From Spirochaetota bacterium (GTDB lineage: Bacteria > Spirochaetota > UBA4802 > UBA5550): a stretch of 64,000 bases of DNA. A program made the position numbers and the translations under genes. Under the pieces are notes generated by a model. It saw nothing but the letters and a program-made list of their open reading frames with translations, did not search any database and was not told where the DNA came from. Location: assembly GCA_050298055.1 (NCBI GenBank), contig JBNKTL010000005.1, positions 34,149 to 98,148 on the forward strand, given 5' to 3'. Below are positions 59,301 to 64,000 of the stretch, in pieces. Each line of letters begins with the position of its first letter. The first letter of the stretch is position 1.

Positions 59301-60792
59301 TAAGCTCAACAGGGTGGTGGTTGCCTCCTGTTCGCCCAGGACCCATGAACCCCTTTTCCAGGAGACAATAAGGGACGCCGGTCTCAACAAGTATCTATTC
59401 GAGATGGCAAATATCCGGGACCAGTGCTCATGGGTCCACGCCACCGAACCGGACCACGCCACCGACAAGGCCAGGGACCTGGTAAGAATGGCCGTATCAC
59501 GATCAAAAACCCTGGAGTCCCTCTACGAGATGCCCTTTAAAGTGAAACAGAACGCCCTGATAATCGGGGGGGGTGTTTCCGGTATGACAGCCGCGGTGGG
59601 CCTTGCAAAGCAGGGTTTTAAATCAGACCTTGTTGAGATATCGGACAGCCTGGGAGGCAACGCGCACCATGTTCATTATACACTTGAAGGTGTGGAGCCG
59701 GGAGCATATCTCCGGGGACTTATTGATGAAGTCAATTCAAATGACCTGATCAATGTCCGCCTGAACACGAGTGTTAAGAGGTACACCGGGCACGTTGGAA
59801 ACTTTACAACGGTTGTGGAAAGCGACGGGAACCAGTTTGAGATTGAACACGGCGCGTATATTGTCGCCACGGGAGGTGTTGAATATCGGCCCCGCGAATA
59901 CATGTACGGGGAAAACGAAAATGTTGTAACGCAGGTGGAACTTGAAGAGAGGATCACCGGCAGCCCCGAAGTGTTCAAGAGCGTACAAACAATTGTTATG
60001 ATACAGTGCGTGGGGTCCCGGGACAGCGAACACCCCTACTGCAGCAGGTACTGCTGTTCCGCCGCGGTGAAAAACGCGCTGAAGCTCAGGGAAATCAACC
60101 CGGAGATGAATATCCATGTCCTTTACCGGGACATCCGTACCTACGGATTTAAGGAACTCTACTATAAAGAGGCACGGGAGAAGGGGATAAACTTCATTAC
60201 CTATGACAAAGATATTAAACCGGAAATAAGCAAAGGGACCGGTTCCCCTCTCTCCGCGGTTGTTTATAATAAGGAGCTTGATGCCGATCTTGAGATCGAT
60301 GCGGATCTCGTTGTACTCAGCGCCGCAATAAGGCCCCATCCGGAGAGCCACAGGATCGTTGAGGCCCTGAAACTCTCAAACGATCCGGACAACTTTTTCC
60401 TTGAGGCCCACATGAAGCTGCGGCCCCTGGATTTTGCCAATATCGGCGTCTTCCTCTGCGGTCTCGCCCATTCGCCAAAGCTCATTGAGGAGAGCATTTC
60501 CCAGGCCAAAGGGGCGGTATCCCGGGCCTGCACGGTCCTCTCCCGGGAGGAGATGATGGTAGGGGGGATCGTCTCACATGTGGATGCGGACAGGTGCGTG
60601 GCCTGTCTTACCTGCATCAGGGTGTGTCCCTATGATGTTCCGGTAATCAACGCGGAGGGTGTTGCCGAGATATCCGAGGCATCGTGCCAGGGCTGCGGAA
60701 ACTGCGCGGCAGCCTGTCCCCGGAAGGCCATTGAGGTCTATCACTATAAAGACAGACAGATAATCAGCAAATGTGAGGTGCTCTTCGCATAG
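56314..60792 (+). CDS. large HdrA-like flavoprotein fusion (HdrA domain - GltD/NfnB-like NAD(P)H-binding domain - second HdrA domain); HdrL-like
   Basis: 1492 aa. N-terminal VVGSGIAGMQAALDLANSGFKVYLIERD FAD site plus a Cys cluster. The middle carries KKVAIVGGGPAGLTAARDL...VIGGGNTAIDASRTALRLGA (glutamate-synthase-small-subunit-like). The C-terminal part repeats the HdrA fold (ALIIGGGVSGMTAAVGLAKQGF, multiple 4Fe-4S CxxCxxCxxxCP). No internal stop. Confidence 0.8.
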   Translation: MTEKDNVVQLNEKTGPGSGVGAVMVVGSGIAGMQAALDLANSGFKVYLIERDTAIGGKMSQLDKTFPTNDCAMCVISPKLIEVDKNINIDIITNSEVMAVEGSVGEFEITVREHARYVDLDKCTSCGDCLKVCPISLPNDYNLNLNEKNAIYKRYPQGIPNGYAIEKADRAPCGLTCPTGINVQGYVALVGDGKFREAYDLITERNPFPSVCGRVCHHPCEGECNRGDIDEPVAINNLKRFTSDWVRKKRKEEGYQVEKPEIDSGKKKVAIVGGGPAGLTAARDLVLAGYPVTVFEAREKLGGAMRYSIPRYRLPEEMLDWDIKNIIELGIEVKTETALGKDFTVESLMQGEFGAVFLGIGARLGSSSRAKGEELEGVMQGIDFLLDVSRGKDVDVKGGDVFVIGGGNTAIDASRTALRLGAKSVTIVYRRTEAEMPAQDEEIEDAKEEGIRIEVLNAPVEYIGENGRLKKVRLQKMELGEPDESGRRRPVPVEGSEYEVDVDYVIAAIGQNVDTDCLDGVNTSRWGTIEADELLLTTNREGVFAGGDAVTGPASVVEAINQGHEAAESIMRFLEGRDIARGREKPEQEMAKVPENRPYYSRERYEAGKIPVEERRGNYNEVEQTFTEEMAVDEAKRCVACGICCECFQCVIACLPGAVNHDQETVDVKYKVGSLVLAPGFDLFDAYKKPEYGYGRYRNVITSMEMERTFSASGPYQGHVKRPSDKTLPPRIAWLQCVGSRDASIGREYCSSVCCTYATKQATLARDHYREKVSATIFLNDLRTFGKGFERYYNNAVEKYGVRYVKSFISTIKEVPETKNLLITYINEEGKLTEEEFDLVVLSMGLVPSKTSRDLAERLEIGLNKYGFVEPQPMKPGETSREGIFVAGAFEAPKDIPESVMSASSAAALSTEFLSKSRGSMVTGKEYPPEKKIGPEDEPRIGVFVCHCGVNIAGVVDVPNVVDYAKTIPNVVHVENNLFTCSSDTQEHLKEVIEEHKLNRVVVASCSPRTHEPLFQETIRDAGLNKYLFEMANIRDQCSWVHATEPDHATDKARDLVRMAVSRSKTLESLYEMPFKVKQNALIIGGGVSGMTAAVGLAKQGFKSDLVEISDSLGGNAHHVHYTLEGVEPGAYLRGLIDEVNSNDLINVRLNTSVKRYTGHVGNFTTVVESDGNQFEIEHGAYIVATGGVEYRPREYMYGENENVVTQVELEERITGSPEVFKSVQTIVMIQCVGSRDSEHPYCSRYCCSAAVKNALKLREINPEMNIHVLYRDIRTYGFKELYYKEAREKGINFITYDKDIKPEISKGTGSPLSAVVYNKELDADLEIDADLVVLSAAIRPHPESHRIVEALKLSNDPDNFFLEAHMKLRPLDFANIGVFLCGLAHSPKLIEESISQAKGAVSRACTVLSREEMMVGGIVSHVDADRCVACLTCIRVCPYDVPVINAEGVAEISEASCQGCGNCAAACPRKAIEVYHYKDRQIISKCEVLFA

Positions 60793-60834
60793 GATGGTGC
60801 TGAAATGGATGATAACTTTAATGTTAAAAAGATT

Positions 60835-60945
60835 GGCCACAGAGGTACATTAAGTTCCAAGTTACGAGTTGAAGACACTGAAAATAAACAAAGAACTTGG
60901 AACCTGGAACCTGGAACTCAAAACTCTATTCATAACCTCTGTGGC
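60835..60945. repeat. nested inverted repeats in the hdrL-mvhD intergenic region
   Basis: Outer arms GGCCACAGAGGT / ACCTCTGTGGC, inner arms GTTCCAAGTT / AACTTGGAAC, plus a TGGAACC TGGAACC TGGAACT triple direct repeat. Confidence 0.55.
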
Positions 60946-61005
60946 AGATTTATAATTTAGATAATAAATACTGATTATGTTTAATAATTTAAGGAGAATG
61001 AGTGA

Positions 61006-61455
61006 ATGAGCACAGATTTTGAACCGAAAATAGCGGCATTTGCCTGTCACTACTGTTCCTATACGGCGGCGGACCTGGCGGGCTCCATGAGGCTTGACTA
61101 TCCCTCTACGGTGCGGATCATCAAGCTTCTCTGCACCGGCCGTGTGGATACTATCCACCTGCTCAAGGCATTCGAAGAAGGCGCTGATGCTGTCTTCGTT
61201 GCCGGATGAGAAGAGGGCGACTGCAATTTCCTGGAAGGAAATTATCGAGCGAAAAACCGCGTTAAATATACAAAGAAGTTACTTGATGAAATAGGGATTG
61301 GCGGAGACCGGCTGGAGATGTACAACATTGGCGCTTCCGAGGGGCCCATGTTTGCCCAGGCGGTAAAGGAGATGACCGAGAAGGCCAGGGAACTGGGCCC
61401 GAGCCCTATTACCAGGAAAAAACACCACGAAGGAGACCAGGGGGACAGAAGATGA
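61006..61455 (+). CDS. mvhD: MvhD-like (methyl-viologen-reducing hydrogenase delta subunit family) protein with in-frame UGA at 61207..61209: candidate selenoprotein
   Basis: ORF 61006..61209 (KIAAFACHYCSYTAADLAG...VFVAG) stops at a TGA exactly where the conserved Cys of the VxGC..GDCH(F/Y) motif lies. The same frame continues as EEGDCNFLEGNYRAKNRV...GIGGDRLEMYNIGASEG to a TGA at 61453..61455. A hairpin (CGA...AATTTCC-TGGAA-GGAAATT...TCG) begins 8-15 nt after the UGA. The sel genes are in this window. Confidence 0.65.
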
Positions 61456-62120
61456 TCGTAGCAAATCGAAAACCCATAGAAGAGATAAAAGAGATGCTCT
61501 CTCCATACAAAAAGATATTACTTGCCGGGTGCGGGACCTGTGTCAGTGTTTGTATGGCCGGGGGTGAAAAAGAGGTGGAGATCCTTGCCAGTGAACTGAG
61601 GATGATATCCGAAATGGAAAACAAAGGCTGGGAGATCACCGAAAAGACCCTGCAGCGCCAGTGCGACAGGGAGTACATTGAACCGTTTAAGGATGATTTT
61701 GACGGAGCGGATATCGTCATGTCCATGGCCTGCGGCGTGGGTGTTCAGTATTCGGCGGAAGTGTTCCCGAAGTCTGTTGTCGTCCCGGCGCTGAATACCA
61801 CATTCTACGGTACCAACCTGGGTGAGGGTGAGTGGTCCGAACGCTGCGCGGGATGCGGAGACTGTGTCCTTGACCAGACACTGGGGATCTGCCCCGTTGC
61901 CCGGTGCTCCAAGGGGCTCTACAACGGGCCCTGCGGCGGGACCGACAAGGGGAAATGCGAGGTGAGCCAGGAGCTTGACTGCGCGTGGTACCTTATCCAT
62001 GAAAGGATGAAGGAACTGGACAGGCTTGACATGATGGGTAAAATCATCGAGCCCAGAAGCTGGAGCTCCAGCCTCAACGGGGGACCCAGAACGAGAATCA
62101 GGGAGGACTTAAAGAAATGA
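61452..62120 (+). CDS. metV: methylenetetrahydrofolate reductase-associated Cys-rich (zinc-ribbon) subunit MetV-like
   Basis: Cys clusters (AGCGTCVSVCMAGG, CAGCGDCVLDQTLGICPVARCSKGLYNGPCGG) typical of the MTHFR C-terminal-like protein encoded upstream of metF in acetogens and deltaproteobacteria. Confidence 0.65.
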   Translation: MIVANRKPIEEIKEMLSPYKKILLAGCGTCVSVCMAGGEKEVEILASELRMISEMENKGWEITEKTLQRQCDREYIEPFKDDFDGADIVMSMACGVGVQYSAEVFPKSVVVPALNTTFYGTNLGEGEWSERCAGCGDCVLDQTLGICPVARCSKGLYNGPCGGTDKGKCEVSQELDCAWYLIHERMKELDRLDMMGKIIEPRSWSSSLNGGPRTRIREDLKK

Positions 62121-63049
62121 AATCAGGCAGTAATTTAGAAAAAGTCTTTGCAAAGGGAGAATTTGCCATAACCGGCGAGCTCGGCCCTCCCAAGGGGAGC
62201 GATGTTGAGGAAGTGAAAAAGAAGGCCGGTATGCTCAAGGGGTTCGTTGACGCGGTCAATATTACTGATAACCAGACTGCGGTGGTGAGGATGTCCAGTA
62301 TCGCCGCTTCAACCATCTGCCTGCAGGAGGGCCTTGAGCCTGTGATGCAGATGGTCTGCCGTGACAGGAACAGGATCGCGATGCAGAGTGACATCCTGGG
62401 CGCTGCCGCCTTTGGTCTCAGAAATATTCTCTGTCTCAGCGGTGACCACCAGTCATTCGGGAACCAGGCCGCCGGCAAAAACGTTTTTGATATAGACTCC
62501 ATACAGCTCATCAGCACGGTAAAGAGGATGCGGGATGAGAAAAAGCTCCTGAACAACGATGATGAACTCATGGGGGGTGCTCCCTTTTTTATCGGGGCGG
62601 CGGCGAATCCCTTCGCGGAGCCCTTTGATTACAGGCCCTACAGGCTCAAAAAGAAGGTCGAGGCGGGCGTGGACTTTATCCAGACGCAGTGCATATACGA
62701 CATGGATATGTTCAGGGAGTATATGAAAAAGGTCGTTGATATGGGACTTCATGAAAAATGCAGGATAATGGCGGGTATTACACCCCTGAAGTCCGCGGGT
62801 ATGACAAAGTATATGGCCAACAGGGTCCCGGGTATCATCATCCCCCAGTCGTATATCGACCGGATGAGCGGTGTCCCCAAGGAAGAGGCCGCCGAAGAAG
62901 GGATCAAGATCTGTATCGAGCAGATGCACCAGATGAAGGAGATCGAGGGTGTGGCCGGTATCCACCTCATGGCCATCGAATGGGAGCACCGTTCCGGTGA
63001 GATCATCGAGAGGGCGGGTTTCCTCCCGCGGCCGGTTTTTGAGAGTTAG
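62117..63049 (+). CDS. metF: 5,10-methylenetetrahydrofolate reductase MetF
   Basis: MTHFR TIM-barrel family (ITGELGPPKG, DFIQTQ...). 310 aa, last gene of the cluster. Confidence 0.85.
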   Translation: MKSGSNLEKVFAKGEFAITGELGPPKGSDVEEVKKKAGMLKGFVDAVNITDNQTAVVRMSSIAASTICLQEGLEPVMQMVCRDRNRIAMQSDILGAAAFGLRNILCLSGDHQSFGNQAAGKNVFDIDSIQLISTVKRMRDEKKLLNNDDELMGGAPFFIGAAANPFAEPFDYRPYRLKKKVEAGVDFIQTQCIYDMDMFREYMKKVVDMGLHEKCRIMAGITPLKSAGMTKYMANRVPGIIIPQSYIDRMSGVPKEEAAEEGIKICIEQMHQMKEIEGVAGIHLMAIEWEHRSGEIIERAGFLPRPVFES

Positions 63050-63083
63050 AGAGGATGTTAAAACAATTTTAATAATATTACGG

Positions 63084-63115
63084 AAGGCGCGGTTTTAAGA
63101 CCGCGCCTTTTTTTA
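63084..63115 (+). terminator. Rho-independent terminator after metF
   Basis: AAGGCGCGGT-TTTAA-GACCGCGCCTT hairpin followed by TTTTTTT. Confidence 0.8.
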
Positions 63116-63491
63116 TAAAAAAGTATTAGTATTTAGGAGGAATTTTTCTGTTTTCCTGTGCTTTTTTGTCAGCTGAAAGTCTCTGAATAAGAAAAAAATT
63201 AGTATTAATCTTGACGTTAGTAGTTTTTTTTACTAATTTTATATTTAATAATGATGTGATGTGATAGTTTTAGTCGGGAATATATAATTAATCTCTAATA
63301 CAAACAAAGCAAATTATAATTTCTCGTATATTCTTACTAAGCATTTGTACGTCCTGTTTAATTTTTGGACACATATGAAAGGACTTTTTTGTATGAAAAG
63401 GTCCTAGTTGTGGATACCGGCTTTTTCTTTTTTAAGGCTTTTTGTATTTTAAACGGGCCTTTGGGTGGAGAAATTTCCTGGGAAAAAATAC

Positions 63492-64000
63492 ATGAAGCTA
63501 AATACAAAAATATTTCTCTTTTTGAAAATTTTATTGCATATTTCCTTCCTGACCACTGGTACTCTATCGGTTGCAGCAGAAATAAAAGTTAACGATAAAG
63601 CACCATACATTACTCTGCGCGATATCAATAACCGGCTGATATTCGGTAAAAATATACTTAAAGAAAAACCTATAATAGCCGGGTTCTTTTTTACTGATTG
63701 CCTGCCCTGTAAAAAAGAAATTCCTGAACTTGAACTCCTGAATAAAAAATACAGCCAAAAAATAAAGATGTTCCTTATTGCGACCGACAAGGAAGGCGCA
63801 GATGCGGTTGTTCCCTACATGAAAATGATGAATATTACGATCGACGTACTAATTGATAAGTACTCCGATGTAGCGCGGGATTATGGTGTTACAAAATATC
63901 CCTCGCTGTTCATAATCGGAAGAAACGGAAAAGTGTTGTATTCATGCTATGGATACAAAAAAGACAATATCCGGAATATAGAAAAAATCATCAAAGGCTT
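63492..64000 (+). CDS. TlpA/ResA-like thiol:disulfide oxidoreductase (thioredoxin fold, CLPC active site), 3' end outside the window
   Basis: Read by hand (no stop before the window end, so absent from the track): signal peptide MKLNTKIFLFLKILLHISFLTTGTLSVAA, then FFFTDCLPCKKEIPELELL with a CxxC, and a thioredoxin-like remainder. Confidence 0.55.
   Translation, partial: MKLNTKIFLFLKILLHISFLTTGTLSVAAEIKVNDKAPYITLRDINNRLIFGKNILKEKPIIAGFFFTDCLPCKKEIPELELLNKKYSQKIKMFLIATDKEGADAVVPYMKMMNITIDVLIDKYSDVARDYGVTKYPSLFIIGRNGKVLYSCYGYKKDNIRNIEKIIKG

Overview
This 64-kb window is almost entirely coding and looks like an anaerobic bacterium. Gene content is Deltaproteobacteria/Desulfobacterota-like, but the phylum is not certain.

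Main blocks in order:
1. RadA C-terminal fragment, a small lipoprotein, an M23 peptidase and a giant 1896-aa outer-membrane beta-barrel protein.
2. A hybrid sensor kinase/response regulator, convergent with the giant protein.
3. A complete selenocysteine-insertion locus on the minus strand: selC tRNA-Sec (anticodon UCA), selA, a hemerythrin-like gene, selB, and a small Cys-rich ORF that is not in the ORF track.
4. A NuoE/NuoF/NuoG-N-terminal-like flavin-FeS module.
5. ccmABC(D)EF system I cytochrome c maturation. CcmE carries the CxxxY variant heme-binding motif.
6. A hemX-like gene followed by hemA, hemC, hemD, hemB and hemL.
7. An accessory stretch at about 30-42 kb. It holds a DUF1573 protein with an in-frame UGA (candidate selenoprotein), hypothetical membrane/lipoprotein hydrolases, a NirJ/AhbC/AhbD-like radical SAM/SPASM protein, an HUH (IS200-like/RAYT-like) transposase-like gene embedded in GGGTCAGAGCA REP-like repeats, and a porin-like beta-barrel with a 13-heme cytochrome c plus a convergent lipoprotein multiheme cytochrome.
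8. A Wood-Ljungdahl cluster: fhs, cooC, folD, acsD, cooS/acsA, acsB, acsC, acsE, hdrC, hdrB, a 1492-aa HdrA-GltD-HdrA fusion (HdrL-like), mvhD with an in-frame UGA (candidate Sec), metV and metF.
9. A partial TlpA-like thioredoxin gene at the window end.

Three separate families of intergenic repeats or hairpins recur: a GC-rich ATGTCCCCGCCGCC...GGCGGCGGGGACAT hairpin (4 copies), a bipartite CCCCCGGAGGGGG / CCCCCTNAGGGGG element (2 copies), and GGGTCAGAGCA REP-like inverted pairs with a 4.5-copy 20-bp tandem array.

The most notable points are the two read-through-UGA candidate selenoproteins backed by selABC in the same window, and the repeat-flanked porin/multiheme-cytochrome island next to an HUH transposase-like gene.
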